Positions 1 to 9,845 of a stretch of 64,000 bases of DNA are shown in pieces (within the stretch, counting starts at the first letter, position 1; the number at the start of each line of letters is the position of its first letter). Made by a program: the position numbers and the translations under genes. The DNA is from Calditrichia bacterium (GTDB lineage: Bacteria; Calditrichota; Calditrichia; JAJRVZ01), in the NCBI GenBank assembly GCA_963777955.1, contig CAVZSQ010000001.1:1-64000 (forward strand), given 5' to 3'. The notes below the pieces were generated by a model, which saw only the letters and a list, made by a program, of their open reading frames with translations, did not search any database and was not told the origin of the DNA.

Positions 1-2
1 CT

Positions 3-488
3 GAAAACCTGGCTTATATAAATCCAACACTGTTGACCGCCGGCATGGGTGGTTTCCCGCTGGGAGACCTCTACCATTGGTGGAATCCGGCTGTGAGAGC
101 AGGAGCAACCGACTATTATTCAGCATGGTTGGCTCAGGCTGATCAGGAGAGAGCCACAATTGCCACCTGGCTGGAAACTGGCAATCCTGCCTCAATAAAA
201 AGAATGCCGGATAGCGTTGTCCCTGTGAATTTTACTCTAAGTCAGAATTATCCGAATCCATTTAATCCGACCACTCGGATTAAATACTCGATTCCGGTAA
301 AAGGTCATATATTACTTAAAGTCTATAATCTCCTGGGCCAGGAGGTAGCAACGTTGTTCGCCGGCATCAGGCAGCCGGGGAATTATGAAGTGACATTCAA
401 TGGAAAAGAACTGGCCAGTGGTATTTACTTTTATACTTTAAAATCAGCAACTATTACAATCACCAGGAAACTGGTTCTCATCAGATAG
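3..488 (+). CDS. 5'-partial secreted protein with T9SS/FlgD-type C-terminal sorting domain
   Basis: Frame is open from position 3 (ENLAY..LLTAGMGGFPLGDLYHW); ends with LSQNYPNPFNPTTRIKYSI..LKVYNLLGQEV..LASGIYFY..TRKLVLIR CTD. Confidence 0.85.
   Translation, partial: ENLAYINPTLLTAGMGGFPLGDLYHWWNPAVRAGATDYYSAWLAQADQERATIATWLETGNPASIKRMPDSVVPVNFTLSQNYPNPFNPTTRIKYSIPVKGHILLKVYNLLGQEVATLFAGIRQPGNYEVTFNGKELASGIYFYTLKSATITITRKLVLIR
340..433 (+). repeat. 94-bp near-identical CTD-coding segment, copy 1 (copy 2 at 2371-2464)
   Basis: 340-421 identical to 2371-2452, then one mismatch and 11 more identical bases. Confidence 0.9.
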
Positions 489-625
489 TTCTTTTCATGA
501 ATAATAAATTTTCGTTGGATTAAGGAAGCGGTCTTGAACATCCTTTTTTCCTGAACGCTCATAGTGCAGAGATGCCTTCAATATCATTATTTATATAGTT
601 ACAGAGATTAAAAGGAAACTGGTTT

Positions 626-2519
626 ATGAAGAAATTAGTTAATTTATTTCTTGCGGTTGTATCTGCATTACTGTTCATAAACAGTGGTGTGGCTGTAGCG
701 CAAATCTATGTTGATCAATGGGGTAAGACAAGTCGTGGTATAGACTGGCCGATCCTGAATGACTCAACAACATCCGCTGGCGATGCCGGAATTGGATCTG
801 GTGCGCCTCCGACATCATGGGCAACCATTCGCGGCGGTTTTGGCCAGACTCTTGAAGCAACCACCGATCAGGCGGTCGTTGTCAGTGGCCAACTCGAATT
901 TGTCGGCGGCGGCGGTGGAAACGCTTATACCCATTTGCGTTATGCGCTGACCTTTCAGGACAGCGTCACTTTGAATTATCAGTATACGGATTCTGCTGTA
1001 TGGGTAAGCAACCTGGCCCACTACGGCTATGAGTTTACACCACGAACCGGCACGGGTTTAATGGCCAATGGTAACAACGGTGTCGGTACGGTCTGGTCGC
1101 TATATGACGTGGCGGGCTGGAATAGTACATTTGGCGCCGACATCAAGCCGCTGGCAGCAGAAAATCAGGCACCCCGCAATGCGGAAATGGTGGCCGGCGT
1201 TTATAACTGGGCTATTTCGGTTCAACCGCTGGGCAACGGCAGCAACGAAGTCCGCTGGTACTTGATTGAACAGGATAATAAATACTGGTATGGCGGCATT
1301 GTTATAGATACTGCTGCAGTAAGCACGAAATTCAACGGTATCTGTTTTGGTTTTTATAGCGATTTGCAGGCTACGCAGGTCAACCTGACTAATGTCCAGG
1401 TTAAACTGGGCAATCCGCTTGAGCCTTATCATGGCTGCTGGTGTGTATATACAGTGGGTACCTGGGGCTTCATAGGTAACAGAATGGGCGGATGGGATTT
1501 TGTACCGGGAGAAATGGTGGGTGAGGCCGGCGTGGCCGGTGATGCCCTGGCTACCGGCTGGGTGGCAATCCGCGGCGGTTTTTATGATCCAATTAAACTC
1601 ATGGTAGATCGTGCCTTTATCATGAAGGGTACTATCGAATTCGTCGGCGGCGGCTTCGAGTCAGTGAATAGTTTTCGTTTTGGCGTCTTTTATAGCGACA
1701 GTGCCGGAATGGTCCAGGATGTGAATACCGATTCAGCCCGGTGGTCGGGAACCGAAGCGCATCACTCCGGTTATCTGTTCATACCTCCGAGTGGGACCAA
1801 TGGTCCCGCTGACTGGTCGGGAACAAGCCAGCAGGTACCCTACCGGTCAATAGCAGACCAGCAGGGTACCTGCGGTGCTGTGGTCGATGATGCCTGGTTG
1901 AGTACGGAGGGTGCATATAATTATGTTTTGGGCAGTAATCTTCAGGTTCCGGCTAATGCCGTTGCCGGGGCGGGAATTTATTCTTTTGCCATATCAATTG
2001 AACCACAGCTATTCAGATACGATAGCTGTGAAATCAGGTATAAACTGGTTAAAAGTGACAGTAGTTATATATTTGCCGGGAAGGTGATCGATAATCGATG
2101 TGCCGATTGTCAGCGAGGAATTCAACTGTGTTGCTTTTGCTCTGAATACCAATGCTTCGACTACAGCGATGTATATCTACGAAGTCTTTCTTGATATGGG
2201 CGATCCTATTGATATTCCTACGGGTATGGAAGCAGAAAATCAAAAATTGATACCGGCCGGTTATAACCTGCAGCAGAATTATCCGAATCCGTTTAATCCG
2301 CTGACACAGATCAGGTACTCTATTGCGCAGAAAGGTATTATTTCGCTGAAAGTGTATAACCTGCTGGGTAAGGAGGTAGCAACGTTGTTCGCCGGCATCA
2401 GGCAGCCGGGGAATTATGAAGTGACATTCAATGGAAAAGAACTGGCCAGTGGGATTTACTTTTACCAGTTGAAAGCGAATGATTTTGTTAAAATAAATAA
2501 AATGATTTTGTTAAAATGA
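626..2519 (+). CDS. Secreted protein with two tandem ~240-aa uncharacterised domains plus T9SS-type CTD (+1 frameshift near 2096)
   Basis: Signal peptide; internal repeat (WATIRGGF/WVAIRGGF, LEFVGGG/IEFVGGG, AGVYNWAISVQP/AGIYSFAISIEP); ORF 2100-2519 continues it and carries LQQNYPNPFNP. Confidence 0.8.
2371..2464 (+). repeat. 94-bp near-identical CTD-coding segment, copy 2
   Basis: Direct comparison with 340-433. Confidence 0.9.
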
Positions 2520-2653
2520 TGATTTAATACAATTGTTTCATACCTGGTTCAACTGTCCTGATTTTTACAACCAGAATATCTGAGATAACTGTTGAATCAA
2601 AATACAATTTTATATAGTTTACTTTTGGATAAAACAGTTCAAAGGCGGATCTA

Positions 2654-3965
2654 ATGTCACTTAAAGAAACTAAAAATCTATCCGGAGTTGAGAGGAATAA
2701 TTCATCGCCTGCAGATAAACCTGGAGGAAAGTATCGTTGGGTCATCGTGGCCTTATTGTTTTTTGCTACCACGACCAACTATATTGATCGCCAGGTATTC
2801 GGCATCCTGGCTCCCTTTCTGGAAAAAGAGATCGGTTGGAGTGAACTGGATTACAGTCATATTGTGATTGCCTTTCAGGCTGCTTATGCTATCGGCCTGC
2901 TGTTGGTGGGCAGGTTGATCGACCGCCTGGGCACCAAACTTGGTTATTGTCTGGCCCTGATCTGCTGGAGTCTGGCCTCGATGAGTCATGCCCTGGCCGG
3001 GACGGTCAGAGGATTTGCCACGGCCAGATTCGCGCTGGGGCTCAGTGAAGCGGGCAATTTCCCGGCAGCAATTAAAACTGTGGCTGAATGGTTTCCCAAA
3101 AAGGAAAGGGCCTTTGCCACGGGCCTGTTCAATTCCGGTTCGAATATCGGTGCTATCCTTGCTCCATTAATGGTGCCCTGGATAACCCTGGCCTATGGCT
3201 GGCGGATGGCATTCATCATAACCGCTGCCATAGAATTAATCTGGGTAATCCTCTGGCTTATTTTCTATGACAAACCGGAGAAATCCAGATATTTAAAAGC
3301 GACTGAGTTGGCTTATATTCAGGCAGATCCACCTGATACGCCCGATAAAAATTCCCTGGTTGAGTTTAATAAAATACAAACAAGCCTGGGCCTTCGCTAT
3401 GGGCAAGTTTTTAACCGATCCGGCCTGGTGGTTTTATATATTCTGGATTCCGAAGTTTTTATATTCCAAGCATGGTATAACCCTGAATAAAATTGGACTG
3501 CCGCTGATCATCATCTTTCTGATGGCTGATGTAGGAAGTATAACCGGAGGCTGGTTGTCTTCATTCTTCATTAAACGCGGCTGGACGGTTAACAAAGGCC
3601 GCAAGATGGCCATGTTTATTTGTGCAGCACTGGTAACCCCGATTATTTTAGTCTCGCAGGTCTCTAATCTCTGGGTGGCTGTGGCTTTGTTGAGTCTGGC
3701 CACGGCGGCTCATCAGGGCTGGTCAGCCAATCTGTTCACCATTACCTCGGATGTCTTTCCGCGCAAGGCGGTTGGCTCAGTGGTTGGTTTCGGTGGAACG
3801 GCCGGGGCGATCGGAGGCATGTTGATCTCCACAGCTGCCGGATTGATTCTGGAATTCAGCGGAAGTTATATGCTGATCTTTTTAATTTGCGGATTGCTTT
3901 ATTTGATCGCTTTTGGAATTATTCATTTACTGGTGCCCAAATTGGAATCGATAGAAATGAAATAA
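2654..3965 (+). CDS. exuT: MFS hexuronate transporter, ExuT-like (+1 frameshift near 3348)
   Basis: RWVIVALLFFATTTNYIDRQ, EAGNFPAAIKTVAEWFPKKERA, AAHQGWSANLFT; ORFs 2654 and 3360 join and align with the intact paralogue at 19184. Confidence 0.88.
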
Positions 3966-3975
3966 GCAAATTATT

Positions 3976-4101
3976 AAATTCCAATGACCAATAACCAAAC
4001 TCCAATAAGTAGTAAATGAAGTTAATTGAAAATTGGTGCTTGGAATTTGGTTATTGGAATTTTTATTGCATTGGTTATTGGAATTTGGTGCTTGGAATTT
4101 A
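3976..4101. repeat. Heptamer tandem repeats in inverted arrangement (CCAAT-type then TTGG-type units)
   Basis: ttccaat gaccaat aaccaaa ctccaat ... ttggtgc ttggaat ttggtta ttggaat. Confidence 0.75.
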
Positions 4102-4163
4102 CTATTGTGTTCTTCAAAAAAATATACAGATGATCGTACATATAAACTAAAAGGGTAAAAAAA

Positions 4164-4985
4164 GTGAAGAAAATACGTATCGCTATTATTGGTGCAGGCA
4201 ACATTGGCAATGCCATAGCCAATGGCCTGGTTGAATCAGGGCGCTTTGCCGCCGAAGATATCACGCTGACCCGGCGGCAAATTCATCTGCTCGATGAAAT
4301 GAAAAAGCAGGGTTTTAAAGTCGGAACCGATAATCGCCAGGCAGTTAAAAATTCCAAAGTCATTATCATCGCTGTTGAACCGCGGCAGGTGGATGCTGTG
4401 CTGGAAGAAATCAAACCGGACCTGGAAACACAGCAGCATATCCTGGTCTCGGTAGTTACCGGGATTTATATCAAACAAATCAGCCGGCAGATCGGCAAAA
4501 AAATTACGATTATACGCGCCATGCCCAACACCGCTATCGCAGTGCGTGAATCTATAACCTGTATCGCTTCCGATACGGCAGACGGTCCGGCCATTGAGAT
4601 TGCCAAGTCCATTTTTGATTCGGTCGGTAAAACTTTGCTGATAGATGAGGAACGCATGGTTGCTGCTACTGCTTTGGGAGCATGCGGGGTAGCCTTCTTT
4701 TTGCGGGCGATCCGCGCTGCTTCGCAGGGGGGAATCGAGATAGGATTTCACGCCCATGATGCGCTGGCGATAGCTTCACAAACCGCACGGGGCGCCGCCA
4801 CTTTATTATTGAGTACGAAACATCACCCTGAACACGAAATCGACCGCGTTACCACTCCACGCGGTTGCACCATTGCCGGTTTGAACCAGATGGAACATGA
4901 AGGATTCAGCTCGGCTATGATCAAGGGAATTACTGTCTCGGCTGAAAAAGCTGCTAAATTATATACCCATCCAGATACTGATTAA
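4164..4985 (+). CDS. proC: Pyrroline-5-carboxylate reductase
   Basis: IIGAGNIG Rossmann motif, RAMPNT, HPEHEIDRVTTPRGCTIAGL. Confidence 0.92.
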   Translation: MKKIRIAIIGAGNIGNAIANGLVESGRFAAEDITLTRRQIHLLDEMKKQGFKVGTDNRQAVKNSKVIIIAVEPRQVDAVLEEIKPDLETQQHILVSVVTGIYIKQISRQIGKKITIIRAMPNTAIAVRESITCIASDTADGPAIEIAKSIFDSVGKTLLIDEERMVAATALGACGVAFFLRAIRAASQGGIEIGFHAHDALAIASQTARGAATLLLSTKHHPEHEIDRVTTPRGCTIAGLNQMEHEGFSSAMIKGITVSAEKAAKLYTHPDTD

Positions 4986-6205
4986 TTTTCAGTGATCTCG
5001 TTACAGACCAGCACCTGCGTAGTATAGGCCGTTTTATCGATACCGACCACGCGAAAAAGTATTTCAAAATATCTGGGTATGTGCTGGTACTTCTTCATGA
5101 AAATATCATCAAGTTCCTTGCGCTGTTCCGGAGTTATCAGGTACTGCACAATATGTGGCGCCCCGAGGGAATGGTAAGAAGCGATAATAAAGATTGAATT
5201 CTTTACCGGACCGGGAAGTTTCACCGCAATGACCAGATCTTCATTAGGGCCTGAGGAATGCAGGTTGGTGCTGTAAATTCGCGGAGCCGTTGAATCGGGT
5301 ACCGTATAAATAATACGGTGGGGTGCAATTTCGAAATTCAGATGCGAACGGGCCAGGGTGTGTTTAAGGGTGTATAAAGTCTTGATGCTGCCGACAAAAA
5401 CCAGATTGTACATATCAAGTATTTGCGGATTTATATCCGATGATTTTCTGAGGATCGGCTTCTGATTTGCGGAAAGAAACAGCGACATCAGCGGTGGTAA
5501 ACTCCAGACACTGTGATACGGAAAATAAGGTTCAGACGGGGGGGTCAACCGTAGCTCAGGATGTTGCAGGCGCAAAGTATCGAATTCATCACTGGTATTG
5601 ATGCGTCCGTCGCGCACCCCGATGATCCGGTCAAATTCCTTAAAATCCATGTTATAAACGAAATGGTCGCCCGGAACAATTAAGATGGGCAGTGTCGACT
5701 GTAAATATTCACCCCAGATGGGATCATTCTTATCAATAACACTGTAACTATCCAATTGTTTCTGCAGCGACCGGGAGTTGAACCACAGGATGGTCAAGCC
5801 GATTAGCAGCAGGACAATAAGGATCAGTTGATAGTAGTTATGTAAAAAATAAAAAAGATACTTAGGCGTATAGAAATTTTCTTCAGCCTGAATAAATTGT
5901 GATTCGTAGTGACCCTTGGGAATTTTTAAACGGTACTTGTCATTCTTGCCTTCAGTAAAATAATACCGCTCCAGTTTTTTACGCAGGGAATAGGTATGAG
6001 AGCGTACGATGGTATCTTCGGCCGGATTGAAATCCGCTTCTTTGCCAAAAACCTCTATGGCAATAGTCGTTTCTTTAAGAGCCTTACCTTTCAGGCTGGA
6101 ATCGACCAGATATTTCAGATAATGACTGTAAATCGGAGAATAACAGAATTCCTTACTGTTTAAGATCTTTTCCAGTAAATTTTGTCTGGTGGAATCGTTA
6201 AGCAT
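4982..6205 (-). CDS. Membrane-anchored one-component transcriptional regulator (N-terminal wHTH-like domain, one TM helix, periplasmic domain)
   Basis: LEKILNSKEF..YLKYLV..LKETTIAIEVFGK..FNPAEDTIVR..LRKKLERYY..IPKGHY N-domain; hydrophobic LILIVLLLIGLTILWF segment; divergent from eda. Confidence 0.7.
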   Translation of the reverse strand: MLNDSTRQNLLEKILNSKEFCYSPIYSHYLKYLVDSSLKGKALKETTIAIEVFGKEADFNPAEDTIVRSHTYSLRKKLERYYFTEGKNDKYRLKIPKGHYESQFIQAEENFYTPKYLFYFLHNYYQLILIVLLLIGLTILWFNSRSLQKQLDSYSVIDKNDPIWGEYLQSTLPILIVPGDHFVYNMDFKEFDRIIGVRDGRINTSDEFDTLRLQHPELRLTPPSEPYFPYHSVWSLPPLMSLFLSANQKPILRKSSDINPQILDMYNLVFVGSIKTLYTLKHTLARSHLNFEIAPHRIIYTVPDSTAPRIYSTNLHSSGPNEDLVIAVKLPGPVKNSIFIIASYHSLGAPHIVQYLITPEQRKELDDIFMKKYQHIPRYFEILFRVVGIDKTAYTTQVLVCNEITEN

Positions 6206-6294
6206 AAGTCGCCAGGGTTTGTCGTCTTCATTAAATAATCAAAATAATATAAAGAATATATCTATTTGAAGTAAATTTTTTTAATCAATTATTG

Positions 6295-6324
6295 GTTTTT
6301 CACAGTTTTTCACAGTAATCGACT
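6295..6324 (+). promoter_or_regulatory. Three 10-bp direct repeats, candidate regulator site
   Basis: GTTTTTCACA GTTTTTCACA GTAATCGACT; related triplet at 9727-9756. Confidence 0.6.
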
Positions 6325-6394
6325 TTATTCTAATGTTTTGTTGACTAAATTCCAGACTGTTTTGATCACTTCGTAACCTGAGGTTGCCGAAAGT

Positions 6395-7081
6395 ATGAAG
6401 AAATCATTTGAAATTTACCAGCGTTTAAAGACCCGGCAGCTGATAGCTCTGCTGTCACCGCTGCAACCGGAACATTGTGTGCAAGCTTATGAAGCGTTAA
6501 CACCCCTGGGAATTGTACTGGAAATTGCCTTCCGCACGAAGGCAGCTCTGGACGGGATCAAAGCGGTTTTACAGAAGGATAAAACCGCCCTGATCTTAGC
6601 CGGTACGGTTATGACTGTCAACCAGGCTAAACAGGCGATCAAAGCAGGTGTTGCAGGTGTCGTTTCAGCCGATTACATCGCGGATGTAGTTGAATTCTGC
6701 GTCAAACGTGACATCATGTGCGTGCCTGGCGGTCTGGCTGATGCAGGCAAGCAACTCTCCCTTAAGTCGAAAATTCTGAACTGCCCGTATGAAGATCTTG
6801 CACAACGCTACCCCTATCAGTGGCTGTACAAACTTTTCCCGGCTGTCACACCTCAGGTTGCCTTTTATGAATTGTCGAGGACCTGGCAGGGTCCTTATAA
6901 AGGTCTGACCGTCATCTATACCGGGGGTATTTCGCTTAATAATCTGCCCCAGATCGTACAGAGCGATCCCCTGGGCATTTACTGCGGTTCAGCCCTGACT
7001 AAAGATATAAATCAGCCCGAGAAAATGGTTGAAGAAGCGCAGCGCTGGATCGGGATTGTCGAAAAATACCGGAAAAAATAA
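6395..7081 (+). CDS. eda: KDPG/KHG aldolase family protein
   Basis: LEIAFRT, AGTV, KLFPA Schiff-base lysine, YTGGIS. Confidence 0.8.
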   Translation: MKKSFEIYQRLKTRQLIALLSPLQPEHCVQAYEALTPLGIVLEIAFRTKAALDGIKAVLQKDKTALILAGTVMTVNQAKQAIKAGVAGVVSADYIADVVEFCVKRDIMCVPGGLADAGKQLSLKSKILNCPYEDLAQRYPYQWLYKLFPAVTPQVAFYELSRTWQGPYKGLTVIYTGGISLNNLPQIVQSDPLGIYCGSALTKDINQPEKMVEEAQRWIGIVEKYRKK

Positions 7082-7118
7082 TCATATTTGTGCTAAAATT
7101 ATGCTGAAGGAGAATTGC

Positions 7119-8390
7119 ATGGAACGGCCGAAAAGAGTAATATCTGGTAAATGGCGTGGATTCTCGAAAACGGTTTGTCTGGGTGCTGCTATCATTTTAT
7201 TGCTGCTGCAGGCTTGCCAGAAAAAGGAGAATTTCCAGCAGTCACAGTTGTCACCATCTTTTATCGTAGCCGACAGTTTGCCCTGGTCGGTGCGCATGGC
7301 AGAATCGGAAATTTATCGCCAGGGTGATTCGCTGGTCTATAGCCCGGCTTATCCCAAAGGCAACTGGAATTATCAGACCGGTTTATTTCTTAAATCATTG
7401 CTGGAACTGGGGCAGACGCATGGTAGTACCACGCGTTATTATGATTACGTAAAGCGGGTAGTCGATTCCTATGTGCAGGAAGATGGCAGTATCATAACCT
7501 ATCAACTGGAAGATTATAATATAGACAATATTAATTCCGGAAAAGTTTTATTAGCCTTGTATAGAACAAGTCATGAAGAAAAATACCGCCAGGCGGCTTT
7601 TTTAATCCGCAAACAGTTGAGTGAACAACCGCGTACCAAGTCCGGCGGATTCTGGCATAAAAAAATATACCCCTGGCAAATCTGGCTGGATGGTATTTAT
7701 ATGAGCGCCCCCTTTTACCTGGAATTTTCAAAAATGTTCGACCAGCCGGCGGGCTATGAGGATGTGATCGGCCAGATACTGCTGATTGACACTCGAACCC
7801 GTGATCCCAAAACCGGTCTGCGTTACCATGGCTGGGATGAAAGTAACGGGCAAAAATGGGCCAATCCCGTGACCGGTTGCTCCCCGAACTTCTGGGGCAG
7901 GGCCATGGGTTGGTATGGTATGGCTTTGGTAGATGTACTTGATTATTTACCGGCTGATTTCCCGAGGAGGGAACAGATAGTTTTTATTCTCAATGATTTG
8001 AATAAAGCCGTCGTGAGATATCAGGATAACAAAACCGGTTTGTGGTACCAGGTGCTGGATCAGGGCGATCGGGCCGGGAACTACCTGGAAGCGTCAGCTT
8101 CGGCTATGTTCGTCTATACTCTGGCCAAATCCTTTCAGCTGAATTACAGCGACAGCAGCTGCTGGCAGGCAGCAGTAAAAGGGTACCGCGGTATGATTGA
8201 TAATCTGGTTAGCGTAACACCAAACGGCCTGGTGAGTTTGAACCGGATATGCAGTGTTGCCGGTCTGGGCGGTAATCCGTACCGCGACGGAACTTACGAG
8301 TACTATATCAGTGAACCGGTGGTGAGCAACGATTTAAAAGGTGTGGGACCGTTTATTCTGGCCGCGCTGCAAATGGAAAAGGTTAAATAA
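7119..8390 (+). CDS. GH105 unsaturated rhamnogalacturonyl hydrolase, lipoprotein
   Basis: YNIDNINSGK, GGFWHKKIYPWQIWLDGIYM, FWGRAMGW, NYLEASASAMF; lipobox LQAC; AAGGAG before ATG 7119. Confidence 0.9.
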   Translation: MERPKRVISGKWRGFSKTVCLGAAIILLLLQACQKKENFQQSQLSPSFIVADSLPWSVRMAESEIYRQGDSLVYSPAYPKGNWNYQTGLFLKSLLELGQTHGSTTRYYDYVKRVVDSYVQEDGSIITYQLEDYNIDNINSGKVLLALYRTSHEEKYRQAAFLIRKQLSEQPRTKSGGFWHKKIYPWQIWLDGIYMSAPFYLEFSKMFDQPAGYEDVIGQILLIDTRTRDPKTGLRYHGWDESNGQKWANPVTGCSPNFWGRAMGWYGMALVDVLDYLPADFPRREQIVFILNDLNKAVVRYQDNKTGLWYQVLDQGDRAGNYLEASASAMFVYTLAKSFQLNYSDSSCWQAAVKGYRGMIDNLVSVTPNGLVSLNRICSVAGLGGNPYRDGTYEYYISEPVVSNDLKGVGPFILAALQMEKVK

Positions 8391-8394
8391 TAAG

Positions 8395-9750
8395 ATGAAA
8401 ATATTAATTCCACTCCTGTGCGGAATTTGTTTGAATTTTTGTTCAGCGCAGATACCGGCCTTAACGCCGGCTTTTCCCGGCGCCGAAGGTTTTGGACGTC
8501 TGACCAGCGGCGGGCGCGGGGGAACAGTGCTTGAAGTCACCAATCTGAATGATGCTGGTCCGGGCAGTTTACGCGCCGCAGTGGAGAGCAGCGGCGCGCG
8601 GACGGTGGTCTTCAAGGTATCCGGCACAATTGCTCTCCGTTCACCGTTAATAATAAAACATGATAACATCACTATTGCCGGTCATACTGCTCCGGGAGAC
8701 GGAATTTGTATCCGCGATTACAGTGTATTGCTGCAGGCTGATAATATTATTATCCGCTATTTACGTTTCCGGATGGGGGATAAATATAAACAGGTGGCTG
8801 ATGCCCTCGGCGGCATCGGGCAAAGCGATATAATTATAGATCACTGTTCAATGAGTTGGGGCATCGATGAAGTGGCCTCTTTTTATGATAATAAAAATTT
8901 CACCATGCAGTGGTGCCTGATCAGCGAAAGTTTGAACAATTCATGCCATCCCAAAGGTAAGCATGGCTATGCCGGGATCTGGGGTGGCAAGGGGGCGACC
9001 TTTCACCATAACCTGCTGGCCCACCATTCCAGCCGTAATCCGCGTTTCAACGGCAGCCGCACCAACTGGGGTATAACGGGTGAGGAGATAGTCGATCACC
9101 GTAACAATGTGATTTATAACTGGAGTGAAAATAGCGCTTATGGCGGTGAAGGGGGCAGTCAAAATATAGTTGCCAATTATTATAAATACGGACCGGCCAC
9201 GGGATCTAAATCGTTAAAGAAAAGAATCGTGAATCCCTGGGGTATAGATGGCCGGTGGTATGTGGCCGGAAATTTTGTCTGGGGATTTCCTGAAGTAACC
9301 GCCGATAATTGGAACGGCGGAGTGGCCAGTGATTTTCCGGCAACAATCCGCCTGGCTCAACCTGTTCCTTTTGCAGCAGTGGTCACAGATAGTGCAGAAA
9401 CTGCTTATCTGTCGGTTCTGGCCGCTGCCGGGGCCGTATTGCCCAAGCGTGATGCGGTGGATTGCCGGATCATCGAGGAAGTACGAACCGGAACGGCTGC
9501 CTATGGTAGTTTTCCCCGGGCCGGTGCCGGCATCATCGATTCCCAGGATGAGGTTGGCGGCTGGCCGGAATTGAAAACTTATGACGTACCGGTTGATAAC
9601 GACCATGATGGAATGGCTGATGATTGGGAGTTATCCGTCGGCCTTAATCCGAATGCTGCCGATGATCAGAAACAGGATCGTGATGGTGACGGCTACACTA
9701 ATTTGGAAGAATACCTGGTTTTTATTGTTATTCACTGTTTTTCACAGTGA
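8395..9750 (+). CDS. PL1 pectate lyase
   Basis: PAFPGAEGFG, VTNLND.GPGSLR, IIDHCSMSWGIDE, SRNPRF, C-terminal D.D.DGM.D.WE..D.D.DGYTNLEEYL. Confidence 0.9.
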   Translation: MKILIPLLCGICLNFCSAQIPALTPAFPGAEGFGRLTSGGRGGTVLEVTNLNDAGPGSLRAAVESSGARTVVFKVSGTIALRSPLIIKHDNITIAGHTAPGDGICIRDYSVLLQADNIIIRYLRFRMGDKYKQVADALGGIGQSDIIIDHCSMSWGIDEVASFYDNKNFTMQWCLISESLNNSCHPKGKHGYAGIWGGKGATFHHNLLAHHSSRNPRFNGSRTNWGITGEEIVDHRNNVIYNWSENSAYGGEGGSQNIVANYYKYGPATGSKSLKKRIVNPWGIDGRWYVAGNFVWGFPEVTADNWNGGVASDFPATIRLAQPVPFAAVVTDSAETAYLSVLAAAGAVLPKRDAVDCRIIEEVRTGTAAYGSFPRAGAGIIDSQDEVGGWPELKTYDVPVDNDHDGMADDWELSVGLNPNAADDQKQDRDGDGYTNLEEYLVFIVIHCFSQ

Positions 9751-9756
9751 TTCACT
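9727..9756 (+). promoter_or_regulatory. Three 10-bp direct repeats upstream of the TonB-dependent receptor
   Basis: GTTATTCACT GTTTTTCACA GTGATTCACT; matches 6295-6324. Confidence 0.6.
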
Positions 9757-9845
9757 TTATTTAGCAAAATTATTCATTAGATTTTCAGCAGTCACCATAA
9801 AAAGTGCTCGTAAGCAAATAATTCTTGTCTTAATGAGGATATTTT

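Noticed and set aside
4022..4264. Minus-strand ORF with a KHQIPITN-like tail
   Set aside because: Antisense to proC; the tail is simply the translated heptamer repeat
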